Source: an uncultured bacterium (GTDB taxonomy: Bacteria; SAR324; NAC60-12). Taken from it: a stretch of 64,000 nt of DNA. Shown here piece by piece: positions 53,528-63,074 of the stretch. Position 1 is the stretch's first letter; each line of letters begins with the position of its first letter. Where the stretch lies: positions 32,001 to 96,000 of the forward strand of contig CBFIJD010000003.1 of assembly GCA_965662845.1 (NCBI GenBank), given 5' to 3'. Both the position numbers and the translations under genes were made by a program. Below the pieces are notes generated by a model. That model searched no databases, was not told where the DNA came from, and worked only from the letters and a program-made list of their open reading frames with translations.

Positions 53528-54268
53528 ATGAGAACCCAAGCTTGGAAAACCGGATTGATTGCTTCCATGCTGTGGCTGCTCGCGGTGGCCGCGTCTGCTG
53601 CCGAGACCGTTCAGCTGCTGACCTATCACCTGCACCCACCCTTTGTGAACGCCCCACAACAGGGACTGACCTACGAGCTGGCGGCCTTCCTCAACCAGCG
53701 CAGCGCAGGAGAATACGAATTTGTCGTGCGCGAGTTGCCCCGCAACCGCCTCAACCAAATCATTCGGCGCGATGGCGCATGGATCACGCTGTGGTCAAAT
53801 CCGCTGTGGTTTGGCGACAACGACCAGCAAAAATACCGCTGGATTGCAGTCCAAGCAGACTCCAACGCGGTCCTCTCTCCCCAAACGCGGCCCGTAGAAT
53901 ACACCAGCCCTGAAGTCCTCTACGGAAAACGCTTCGGCGGCATGCTCGGCCACCGCTATGTCGGCATTGACGACTTGGTGACCGCTGGAAAAATCGAGCG
54001 TATTGACGGTCGCAATGAGCGACAAAACCTTCGGCTCGTGGCCAGAGAACGCTTAGACGTGACCATCCTACCCGGCTCGACCACCCGCTATCTGCTCGCC
54101 GAGATGAAGCTGCAGGACGCCGTGCACGTCTCTGCGACGCCACACTCCGTCTATCTGCGACACTTCTTCACTCCACCTTCTCGTCCAGATCTCGCCGCGT
54201 TTTTAGAGAGCATCGACTGGCAACAGGACACAGCGTGGCGCGCGCTGCGGCAATCTTTCGGGTTCTAA
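53528..54268 (+). CDS. Periplasmic substrate-binding (family 3-like) protein
   Basis: AGGAG SD, signal peptide, HPPF, LPRNRL, GHRY, RLDV. Confidence 0.8.
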   Translation: MRTQAWKTGLIASMLWLLAVAASAAETVQLLTYHLHPPFVNAPQQGLTYELAAFLNQRSAGEYEFVVRELPRNRLNQIIRRDGAWITLWSNPLWFGDNDQQKYRWIAVQADSNAVLSPQTRPVEYTSPEVLYGKRFGGMLGHRYVGIDDLVTAGKIERIDGRNERQNLRLVARERLDVTILPGSTTRYLLAEMKLQDAVHVSATPHSVYLRHFFTPPSRPDLAAFLESIDWQQDTAWRALRQSFGF

Positions 54269-54280
54269 GCCTCGCTTGCC

Positions 54281-55828
54281 ATGAGACTCTTCCCCAGAAA
54301 AAGCGGGGGCTCCGGTCAACTGGGACTGTTGCTCCTGCGCCGCGTTTTCGGCATTTATCTATTGCTCGCGCTCGTCGTGACGTTGGTGCACGTGGCGCTG
54401 GAATATCGCCACCAAGCCCAGCTCACACGCCACAACCTACAGCGCGCAGAAGAGATCCTCTCGCCTGTGCTGAGCAAGGGGCTGTGGCATCTGGACCCCG
54501 TCTTGATTGACTCCACCGTCGCAGGCGCGATGCGGTTCCCTGACATTGTCGGTGTCAGCTTGCATGACCCCTATGAGGCCGCGCTGGGGCGACGGGGCCT
54601 CCTCGCCATAGACCAACAACAGCAGCCTTCCGTGGACGTGAATGGGGCGGTCGTCCCCGTCCCTGAAGACGTGCAGTTTGTGGAGAACCTGCTGGAGCAC
54701 CGCTTCTCGCTGGAAGAAAACGGCGAGTTCTTAGGCGAAGCCCGCTTCTACTCCAGTCCGGCGGTGGTGATCGCCAAGCTAGAGAACAGCCTGCTCCTCA
54801 TCTTGCTCAGCGCTCTTGTGAAGACCACCGCGCTCTGGCTGCTGTTTCTCTTCTTCGCCCATCGCTTCCTTGGACGACCGCTCACGCGCGTCACCAACAC
54901 GCTACGCTCGCTCCACCCAGAGCGCCTCTCAGAGCACCGTCTCCCTCTGCAAGGTTTACACGGAGAGCTGGAGCTGTTGGGGACAGCCTTCAACCGCACG
55001 CTCGACCGCTTGCACGACGCGCAGCAGCAACAACGACAGAACGAGGAGGAGCTGCGGCAGCTCTTGGAGGAACTCCAGCGCTCTCATGACGACTTGCAGC
55101 AGACGCAGCAGCAGCTGATCCAGTCCACCAAAATGGCCACAATGGGAGAGATGTTGGCGATGATCGCGCACCAGTGGCGCCAGCCGCTCTCTGTGATCAG
55201 CACCGTCGCTTCAAACATGGGGCTCCAAATTCGGCTCCAGAAGCAGACGCCCGAAACGCAACAGCAACAGCTGGAGAAGATCCAACAGACCACCCAATTC
55301 CTGTCGCGCACCATCAACGATTTCCGCAACTTCTTCCGTCCCGACCGCACGCTTCAGGTGGTCGCGCTCCAAGAGCCGCTCCAACACGCGTTTCATCTGC
55401 TTGAAGAGAACTTTGCACGTCAGCACATCCACGTGCACTGGGAGCTACAAACGCTCCCTGAGCAACCGGTTTATTCCAACGAGCTGCAACAAGTTGTGCT
55501 GAATTTGCTCAAGAACGCCCATGACGTCCTGCTGGAGCGCGAGATCCTCGAAAAACAGCTCTGGATTCGGCTGCGCCTCACGACCGAACACATCCCGCAG
55601 ATCGAAATTGAAGACAACGCTGGCGGCGTCCCAGACTCCATTCGGGGCCGTATTTTTGAGCCTTACTTCTCTACCAAAAGCGAACTCAATGGAACCGGTC
55701 TCGGCCTCTACATGAGCAAAATGATCATCGAAGACCACATGCAGGGACAGCTCAGCGTCGAGAACACCGCACGCGGTGCTTGTTTCTGCATCTCTCTGCC
55801 CCCGCTCGCTGAGGTCGCCTCGGCGTAG
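54281..55828 (+). CDS. Membrane sensor histidine kinase (2 TM, HAMP)
   Basis: IAHQWRQPL H-box, NLLKNAHD, DNAGG, FEPYFSTK, GTGLGL. Confidence 0.92.
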   Translation: MRLFPRKSGGSGQLGLLLLRRVFGIYLLLALVVTLVHVALEYRHQAQLTRHNLQRAEEILSPVLSKGLWHLDPVLIDSTVAGAMRFPDIVGVSLHDPYEAALGRRGLLAIDQQQQPSVDVNGAVVPVPEDVQFVENLLEHRFSLEENGEFLGEARFYSSPAVVIAKLENSLLLILLSALVKTTALWLLFLFFAHRFLGRPLTRVTNTLRSLHPERLSEHRLPLQGLHGELELLGTAFNRTLDRLHDAQQQQRQNEEELRQLLEELQRSHDDLQQTQQQLIQSTKMATMGEMLAMIAHQWRQPLSVISTVASNMGLQIRLQKQTPETQQQQLEKIQQTTQFLSRTINDFRNFFRPDRTLQVVALQEPLQHAFHLLEENFARQHIHVHWELQTLPEQPVYSNELQQVVLNLLKNAHDVLLEREILEKQLWIRLRLTTEHIPQIEIEDNAGGVPDSIRGRIFEPYFSTKSELNGTGLGLYMSKMIIEDHMQGQLSVENTARGACFCISLPPLAEVASA

Positions 55829-55989
55829 AGCCGCTGCTCGCACTGCGCGCTCACAACTTCTTGCGCTTGGCGTTCTCGCTCGGTTTGGCGCTGCGCAGTC
55901 TGTGGGTTGGATGCTGGCTCACTGTTGTCTCCCAAAAATCAGGTTGTCAATTTCCAAAAATTAGTCTAACAAAATTCGCTCACGAGACA

Positions 55990-56028
55990 TCAGACATCTG
56001 AAGAATTATCTCAATATTTGAATATTGA
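55990..56028. promoter_or_regulatory. Two inverted repeats upstream of the GntR gene (candidate operators)
   Basis: TCAGA-ca-TCTGA (55990-56001) and TCAATATT-tg-AATATTGA (56011-56028). Confidence 0.5.
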
Positions 56029-56055
56029 CGGACAAAAATTTCTCAGGAGGGGCCG

Positions 56056-56787
56056 ATGCTGCTGCGCGTGGACAAGCCGCTGAACAAGCGCGTGCAAGAG
56101 GCGCTGTTGCAGTTGATTCGGGAAGAGCAGCTGCAACCCGGCGATCAAGTACCGACCGAAGCCGAGCTGAGCCAGCGCTTCGGCGTGGGGCGCTCCTCGC
56201 TGCGGGAGGCGATGGGCAATCTGGTCGATCAGGGCATCTTGGAGAAGTCTCACGGACGCGGGACGTTCCTGCGGCAGCTGCCGGTCATGCTCGCGAGTGG
56301 CCTAGAAGAGCTGACGAGCGTAACAGAGCACATTCGTAACGTCGGAGCGGTCCCTTCTACCGGGCGAATGCAGGTCTCTGCAATCGAAGCCGACGAAGCG
56401 CTCGCGCTCAAACTCCAAGTGGCTCTCGGCACCGCCTGCTATCGCATCGAGCGAGTGCGGCTCGCCGACAGCGTCCCTGCCGCCTACTGCATTGACATCA
56501 TTCCGCAGCACTTACTGCCCTCGGCCCTCTCTCAAGCATCCTTCGCCGAGTCGCTCTTTGATTTGTTGAGCGAGCATCACCACCCTGTGTCGCACACCGA
56601 GAGCCGCATCACCCCAACGGTCCTCACCCGCGACGACCTCCCCGAACTAGAGAGCGAGCAAGCTTTCTTTCTGCTGTTTGAAGAGGTCAACTACGACGTC
56701 CGCGGCGTCCCAGTTTGTTACAGCAACGACTACTACAGCAGCCAAGTCTTTGAGTTTAAGATCATCCGCAAGCGCAACCTCAAATAG
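56056..56787 (+). CDS. GntR (HutC/UTRA) transcriptional regulator
   Basis: PTEAELSQRFGVGRSSLREA, GRGTF, UTRA-like C-terminus; AGGAGG SD. Confidence 0.93.
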   Translation: MLLRVDKPLNKRVQEALLQLIREEQLQPGDQVPTEAELSQRFGVGRSSLREAMGNLVDQGILEKSHGRGTFLRQLPVMLASGLEELTSVTEHIRNVGAVPSTGRMQVSAIEADEALALKLQVALGTACYRIERVRLADSVPAAYCIDIIPQHLLPSALSQASFAESLFDLLSEHHHPVSHTESRITPTVLTRDDLPELESEQAFFLLFEEVNYDVRGVPVCYSNDYYSSQVFEFKIIRKRNLK

Positions 56788-56802
56788 CCTAGAGGAACCT
56801 AT

Positions 56803-58059
56803 ATGGAATATCGTCAACTCACGACGGAGACCGTCCCGACCTATCTGCGAGAGCTGCCGGAGTTGCTGGGAGTCTTCTCTAGTTTTGACGACCTGCACGT
56901 GGAGGAAGTCGGCGATGGCAACCTCAACTTTGTGTACAAAGTCCACAACCGCCAGAACCCCGCCGAGACGGTCGTTGTCAAGCAAGCGGTACCGTTCCTG
57001 CGCATCGTAGGAGAGTCGTGGCCGCTCTCGCGCTCTCGCATGAACTTCGAGATTGAGGCGCTGGCCCATCAGGCTCAGTTTTGCCCGCAGCATGTGCCGC
57101 AGGTGTTCCACGCCTCGAAAGAGATGTCGCTGGTTGTGATGCAGAACCTCAACCGACACGCGGTGCTGCGCGGTGAAATGATCCAAGGCAAGGTCTTCCC
57201 CAAGCTGGCGGATCACGTCTCGACTTTCTTGGCAAACACGCTCTTCCCCACGACCGACCTCTGCCTGAGCGGCCCAGAAAAGAAGGCGCTGGTGGCCAAG
57301 TTCATCAACCCGGAGCTGTGCCAGATCACCGAGCAGTTTGTGCTGACAGACCCCTACGAAGACAGCCCGACGAACGTCTATCACGAGCTAGTCACGCAAG
57401 CCGACAAGGACTACCTGCAGCAAGATGAGCAGCTCAAGGTTGCGGTCGCGGAGATGAAGTACGCCTTCATGAACCACGCGGAGGCGCTGCTGCATGGAGA
57501 TCTGCACATCGGCAGCATCATGGCCAACGAGGAGGAGACTTTCATGATTGACCCCGAGTTCGCTTTCTTCGGACCGATTGGTTTTGACGTCGGGGCGTTC
57601 ATCGGGAACCTCTTCCTCGCGTATTTCGCTCACGAAGTCCGTCAACAGATGCTCGGGCGCGAACCTTACGAGTATCGCAGCTGGATCCTCCGCACCGCGG
57701 AGGCGACGTGGCACGGCTTCCACAGCAAGTTTGAGCAGAACTGGCTCGCTCATGAGCCCCAGAACCCATCCCACTACTGGAGTTATCCTGGCGGATCACG
57801 CGGCTTTGCGATGCAACGGCGCAAGTTCTTAAACCACATTTTTACGGACATGGTGGGGTTTGCGGCCTGCAAGATGATGCGTCGGATCTACGGCCTCGCG
57901 AAGGTCGCGGACATCGCTGAGATCCCCGACCTGCCTGCCCGCCTTGCCGTGGAGCGCAATGTGTTGCGCATGGGCAAAATCATGGTCACGCAGCGGGAGC
58001 AGTTCCACGACATCGAAGAGCTGACGGCTCTTGCCAACGAAATCTCTCCGTTGCGCTGA
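56803..58059 (+). CDS. mtnK: S-methyl-5-thioribose / 5-deoxyribose kinase
   Basis: EVGDGNLNFV, KQAVPFLRIVGESWPL, LLHGDLH, IDPEFAFFGPIGFD, MRRIYGLAKVAD. Confidence 0.93.
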   Translation: MEYRQLTTETVPTYLRELPELLGVFSSFDDLHVEEVGDGNLNFVYKVHNRQNPAETVVVKQAVPFLRIVGESWPLSRSRMNFEIEALAHQAQFCPQHVPQVFHASKEMSLVVMQNLNRHAVLRGEMIQGKVFPKLADHVSTFLANTLFPTTDLCLSGPEKKALVAKFINPELCQITEQFVLTDPYEDSPTNVYHELVTQADKDYLQQDEQLKVAVAEMKYAFMNHAEALLHGDLHIGSIMANEEETFMIDPEFAFFGPIGFDVGAFIGNLFLAYFAHEVRQQMLGREPYEYRSWILRTAEATWHGFHSKFEQNWLAHEPQNPSHYWSYPGGSRGFAMQRRKFLNHIFTDMVGFAACKMMRRIYGLAKVADIAEIPDLPARLAVERNVLRMGKIMVTQREQFHDIEELTALANEISPLR

Positions 58060-58062
58060 AGC

Positions 58063-59574
58063 ATGAAAGCCCTCGTCGAAGCGCAACACATCGCAAAGTC
58101 TTTTGGAGCGACGCAAGCGCTGCGCGGTGTGTCCTTCTCGTTTTATGCAGGAGAAATCTTCGCCTTGGTCGGAGCGAACGGCGCAGGGAAGTCCACGCTG
58201 ATTAAGATCATCTGTGGCTATTACGAAGACTTTGAAGGTGAGATCCTGATCGATGGACAACCGGCGCGCTTTCACAGCCCGCAAGATGCCTTCGGCAAGG
58301 GCATCCGCACCGTGCATCAGATCATCAACCAAGGCGTGATCCCGACGATGAGCGTCGCCGAAAACCTCGCGCTGCACGAACTCCTCGATCCCGCGTCGGG
58401 GATGCGTTACCGCCGCGCGTACATCCGCCAGCGCGCCCAAGAAATCGCCGCGCCAATGGAGCTGCAGTTTAAGGACTGGGATCAACCAGTCTCTGACTTG
58501 TCCCAGAGTGACCGCCAACTGATCAGCATCGCGCGCTCTTTGGTCGGGCAACCCAAGCTGCTGATTCTAGATGAACCCACCTCGTCGATCAGTACACGGG
58601 AAGCCGAGCGGTTGTTTCAAAAGCTGGAGCAGCTGCGACAAACTGGCGTAGCGATTGTGTATGTCTCGCATCGGCTGCACGAAGTTGAACGACTGGCGGA
58701 TCGCGCCGGCGTAGTTCGTGACGGCAGCAAGAGCGCAGAGCTGACGCGCCCGATCCGCTCTCAGGACTTGGTGCGAGCGATGGTGGGCGAAATCGAACAA
58801 GACGCCGCGGCGAGCACTCGCCGACGGTCTCAGCGGGCGCCGCGGCTCGAGCTGCGCAATCTGGTCGTGCAAGCGGGAGCGCCGCCTTTGAACCTCGACC
58901 TGCACGCGGGCGAAATTGCTGGAATCACAGGTCTGATCGGCGCGGGAAAGTCTGAACTCGCAGAAGTGCTCTACGGGCTGCGGGAGCCCATCTCCGGCAC
59001 CATCCGGCTAGACGGAGAGCCGCTGCAGCTCACGTCGGTCGCCGCCGCGATTCGCCAAGGCATCCACTTGGTGCCGGAAGACCGCAGCAACCGCGCCGTG
59101 ATCCCCAATTTCTCCGTGTGTCAGAATCTGTCGCTGCCGTTTTTGCGCGATTTCAGCTGGTCGGCGTTGATGCAACCGCGCCGCGAACAACAAGAAGCCG
59201 AGCGGCTAGTGCACGACTTGGGCGTCAAGTGCGCTGGCATCCAAGCCCTCATCACGAGCTTGTCGGGCGGGAACCAGCAGAAAGTGATCGTCGCGCGCTG
59301 GTTGCAGAAGAAGTTCCGCGTCTTGGTGCTCGATGAGCCGTTCCAAGGCGTGGACATCAAATCGCGCCACGACATCATTCAGTACTTGCGCGAACAACTG
59401 CGCGACGAGGTCGTCTTGGTGCTGGCTGCGGATCTCGATGAGATTCTGGAGGTCGCAGACCGCGTGCTCGTACTCAACCACGGACGTCTAATGGGCGAGC
59501 AACCCCGCGATCAATTGGAACGTCCACAACTGCTAGATTGGATCTCCGCAACGCCTACAGGTGCCCATGTCTGA
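58063..59574 (+). CDS. Sugar ABC transporter ATP-binding protein (RbsA-like, two NBDs)
   Basis: GANGAGKST, LDEPT, SHRL, LSGGNQQK, LDEP. Confidence 0.94.
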   Translation: MKALVEAQHIAKSFGATQALRGVSFSFYAGEIFALVGANGAGKSTLIKIICGYYEDFEGEILIDGQPARFHSPQDAFGKGIRTVHQIINQGVIPTMSVAENLALHELLDPASGMRYRRAYIRQRAQEIAAPMELQFKDWDQPVSDLSQSDRQLISIARSLVGQPKLLILDEPTSSISTREAERLFQKLEQLRQTGVAIVYVSHRLHEVERLADRAGVVRDGSKSAELTRPIRSQDLVRAMVGEIEQDAAASTRRRSQRAPRLELRNLVVQAGAPPLNLDLHAGEIAGITGLIGAGKSELAEVLYGLREPISGTIRLDGEPLQLTSVAAAIRQGIHLVPEDRSNRAVIPNFSVCQNLSLPFLRDFSWSALMQPRREQQEAERLVHDLGVKCAGIQALITSLSGGNQQKVIVARWLQKKFRVLVLDEPFQGVDIKSRHDIIQYLREQLRDEVVLVLAADLDEILEVADRVLVLNHGRLMGEQPRDQLERPQLLDWISATPTGAHV

Positions 59575-60598
59575 AGCCTCTGTCACAACGCACACCTCAG
59601 CGTCGGCAGCCAAAACCAAGTTTGACCCGAAGCCGTTCGCGATTCGCTACGGATTCCTGCTCGTGCTGTGCGGCATGTTTGGGACGTTTAGCGTGCTGGA
59701 GCCAGCTTTTCTGACATGGAGCAACCAATTCTCGATTCTGCTGGGCATCGCGATCTACGGCATCCTCGCGCTGGGGGTGACCTTCACGCTTGTGGTGGAC
59801 GGGCTGGATTTGTCGATCGGCGCTGTCGCCGCGCTAAGCGTGATGATCTCTTCGTACTGCATGGTGATCTTAGAGCAGGGCGCCGTCGTGAGCATTTTGG
59901 TGTGCTTGGCGCTCGGAGCGCTCGTTGGGCTCTGCAACGGGCTGCTTATCGTCAAGATGAAGATCCCCGATTTGCTCACTACGCTTGGCATGATGTTCTT
60001 GATTCAGGGGATTCAGTTGATCCCTTCGGCCGGGCGAACCATCAGCGAAGGCATGCTGCTAGAGGATGGCGAGGAAGCCCTTGGCTTCTTTGATGAAGAC
60101 TTCTTGTTTTTGGGGCAGGGGCGACTCTTGGGCGTGGTACCGATCCCGGTGATCGTGATGCTCGTGATCGCGTTGCTGGTGTACATCGTCTTGGATCACA
60201 CCCGCTGGGGGCGTGTGATGTACGCGATTGGCGGCAACCCAGAAGCGTCACGACTCGCGGGGGCGCCTGTCAACACCTACCGCATCATGGCGTATGTGAT
60301 CAGCGGCACGATTGCATCCATTGGCGGCGTGCTGCTCGTCGCGCGAGTGGGCGTGGGAGACATCACGAGCGGTACCGGTCTGCTCCTAGATGCCGTCGGC
60401 GCGGCGTTGATTGGGTTCGCGGTCTTCGGCGTGCGCCGCCCCAACCCGTTCGGCACGCTCGTCGGTGCGATCTTCATTGGCATGCTGCTCAGCGGCCTGA
60501 CCATGCTCAGCCTGCCGTACTACACGCAAGACTTCATCAAAGGCGGCGTGCTGGTGCTTTCGCTGATGTTCACCTTCGCGCTCGCCAAGCGCTCTTGA
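59567..60598 (+). CDS. Sugar ABC transporter permease (RbsC-like)
   Basis: LDLSIG, GRVMYAIGGNPEASRLAG. Confidence 0.93.
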   Translation: MSEASVTTHTSASAAKTKFDPKPFAIRYGFLLVLCGMFGTFSVLEPAFLTWSNQFSILLGIAIYGILALGVTFTLVVDGLDLSIGAVAALSVMISSYCMVILEQGAVVSILVCLALGALVGLCNGLLIVKMKIPDLLTTLGMMFLIQGIQLIPSAGRTISEGMLLEDGEEALGFFDEDFLFLGQGRLLGVVPIPVIVMLVIALLVYIVLDHTRWGRVMYAIGGNPEASRLAGAPVNTYRIMAYVISGTIASIGGVLLVARVGVGDITSGTGLLLDAVGAALIGFAVFGVRRPNPFGTLVGAIFIGMLLSGLTMLSLPYYTQDFIKGGVLVLSLMFTFALAKRS

Positions 60599-60659
60599 CT
60601 TCCCCGATGGTCGGGGGTTCCAGCGGAAGGATGTTCCGCGTGTTTGTTTGGAGGTTCTC

Positions 60660-61730
60660 ATGAAAAAGCTGATTTCCGTGCTGGCGACGCTGTTGCTGGT
60701 GCTCACCTTGTGGGTGAGCGTCTCCTTTGCGCAAAAGGCGATCCCCGGCGCGCCGCCACCTTTTGATGGCTCCCGTCCCTTGAAGGTCGCTCTGATCCAA
60801 TTGCTCGTGGAAGGCGAGTTCATGCAGACCTTCCGCTCCGGCGCGCAGCGTCAAGCCGAGATGCTGGGGATGGAGTTTTTTGCGCTGAACACCAAGAACG
60901 CTGACAACAAAGCCCAAGCCGATGCAGTAGACCGCGCCATTAGCCTCGGAGTGGACGCGATCCTGCTGAGCCACGGGCGCCCTGAGACCATGCGCGAACC
61001 GATTCAGCGCGCGCTGGACAACGGAATCCGTGTCGTGGCGTTTGACATCTACTTTGAAGACCTGACGCACATCGTGACCCACATGGCCCAAGATGACGTC
61101 CTGCTCGGCAAGATGGCGCTCGACGGGCTGGTCGCCGACTTCAACGGGAAGGCAAATGTCGGCTACATCTACGTCCCAGGCGTGCTGCCACTCGACAAGC
61201 GCGACTCCAGCTTCACCAAGATCAAGGAAGACTACCCAGGCATCCAAGAGATCGCGCGCCACGGCACGCTGGAATCGCCCATCTCCACCAAGAACGCCGA
61301 TCAGGTGAAGGCGACGCTGCAAGCCAACCGCAACATCAACGCGTACTTCGCGCCATACGATGAGTTCGCCAAAGGGGTGGTGATTGCCCTGCGAGAGTTG
61401 AACATGAGCGACAAGGTCAAGGTCTACAGCGCAGACATCAGCACCGCTGACATCCGCCAAATGACTCAAGCCGGCAGCCCGTGGGTCGCGACCGCCGCGA
61501 CGAACCCTGCAGCCATCGGCGCAACCGGCATCCGCGCCTTGGCGATGAAGCTCACCGGAGAGTGGTTGCCCCAAGAGATCACGATCCCGCCGATGCTCTT
61601 CACCCAGCAGATGCTGCGCGACAACGACGTAAAGCGCTTCAACGACCTGTTTGAAAAGTTCCCTGAGTTCAACACCGTCGATCGCGCCAACGCGGCGTGG
61701 ATTCCACGGGACTCCTCAGGCAAATTCTGA
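60660..61730 (+). CDS. Sugar ABC transporter substrate-binding protein
   Basis: GGAGG SD, signal peptide, GVDAI, VVAFD, YDEFAKG. Confidence 0.9.
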   Translation: MKKLISVLATLLLVLTLWVSVSFAQKAIPGAPPPFDGSRPLKVALIQLLVEGEFMQTFRSGAQRQAEMLGMEFFALNTKNADNKAQADAVDRAISLGVDAILLSHGRPETMREPIQRALDNGIRVVAFDIYFEDLTHIVTHMAQDDVLLGKMALDGLVADFNGKANVGYIYVPGVLPLDKRDSSFTKIKEDYPGIQEIARHGTLESPISTKNADQVKATLQANRNINAYFAPYDEFAKGVVIALRELNMSDKVKVYSADISTADIRQMTQAGSPWVATAATNPAAIGATGIRALAMKLTGEWLPQEITIPPMLFTQQMLRDNDVKRFNDLFEKFPEFNTVDRANAAWIPRDSSGKF

Positions 61731-61749
61731 CCTACGTTTGGAGTACATC

Positions 61750-62790
61750 ATGACCATCCCCGCGACCATTCACTGGGAAGACGAAACCCTCACGCTGCTG
61801 GACCAGACCGCGCTGCCGACGCAGGAAGTCCTGCTGCAGCCCGACTCGGTAGAGGCTGTCTTTGAGGCGATCCAAAAGCTGCGGGTGCGAGGGGCGCCAG
61901 CGATTGGCATCGCGGGGGCGTATGGTCTGGTATTGGCGATGCAAACGCGGCGTGGTCTGTCGGTGGAAGCGTTTCGACGCGAGCTGCAACGCCAAGCGGA
62001 TTATCTGAACAGCGCTCGCCCAACGGCGGTCAACCTGAGCTGGGCGCTGCGCCGCCTCGTAGAGAGCGCTGTCGAGCTGTCCTCCAGCGAGGCGATCTAT
62101 CAGCGACTGCGCCAAGAAGCCGAAGCAATCCACGCCGAAGATCGTCAGCTTTGTCGAGGCATTGGCACGCACGGACTGCCGCTCATCACCGCAGGCTGTG
62201 GTGTGTTGACGCACTGCAACGCCGGGGCGCTCGCGACGAGTGAATTGGGTACAGCGACCGCGCCGATGTACCTCGCGCATGAGCGCGGCGTGCCGTTTCG
62301 TGTGTACTCCGACGAGACGCGCCCGCTGTTGCAAGGCTCTCGTTTGACGGCGTGGGAACTCCAGCGCGCAGGCATCGACGTCACGACGATCTGCGACAAC
62401 ATGGCCGCTGCGATCATGCAGGCTGGCTTGATTGACGTAGTGATCGTCGGCACAGACCGCGTCGCCGCAAACGGAGATGTCGCCAACAAGATCGGGACGC
62501 TGGGCGTGGCCATCCTCGCCCAGCACTTCGGAGTCCCCTTCTATGTGGCGTGTCCAGCGTCCACGATTGATTTGCGCACCGCGCAGGGTTCCGACATTGT
62601 GATTGAAGAGCGCGGCGCCGAAGAAGTCACCCACTTTGGGGAGCGTCTCATCGCCCCTGAGAACATCCAAGTGCGCAACCCCGCCTTCGACGTCACCCCT
62701 GCCAGCTTGGTGACCGGCATCATCACGGAGCAAGGGATTCTACAAGCGCCTTATGACGAGACGCTACGAGCAGCGTACGCGGGAACCTGA
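61750..62790 (+). CDS. mtnA: S-methyl-5-thioribose-1-phosphate isomerase
   Basis: LDQTALP, VRGAPAIG, ARPTAVNL, THCNAG, ETRPLLQG, GDVANKIG, NPAFDVTP. Confidence 0.96.
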   Translation: MTIPATIHWEDETLTLLDQTALPTQEVLLQPDSVEAVFEAIQKLRVRGAPAIGIAGAYGLVLAMQTRRGLSVEAFRRELQRQADYLNSARPTAVNLSWALRRLVESAVELSSSEAIYQRLRQEAEAIHAEDRQLCRGIGTHGLPLITAGCGVLTHCNAGALATSELGTATAPMYLAHERGVPFRVYSDETRPLLQGSRLTAWELQRAGIDVTTICDNMAAAIMQAGLIDVVIVGTDRVAANGDVANKIGTLGVAILAQHFGVPFYVACPASTIDLRTAQGSDIVIEERGAEEVTHFGERLIAPENIQVRNPAFDVTPASLVTGIITEQGILQAPYDETLRAAYAGT

Positions 62791-63074
62791 GCGCAGCAAG
62801 CAGGACGCAACCCCGCCTGTGTCCAGACACACCGCGACGGAGACGCCGCGCACAGCTAGCAGAGGACACCGATGGGCCAACCGACGCGCGCGCCTCTTTG
62901 TGTATGCGGAAAAGTAGCCGGCGCGAGCTTCCAAACTGCCGCGAGAGAGCCCGCAAACTGAACCCTCGCGGTCCGCAACCGATTCCATCACGTCACAAGA
63001 AGTGGCGATCACCGTTCTGCAATGTGGATGGCAAACACGGACGGGTCATCTCCTCTTTGCACGAGTCAACACAC

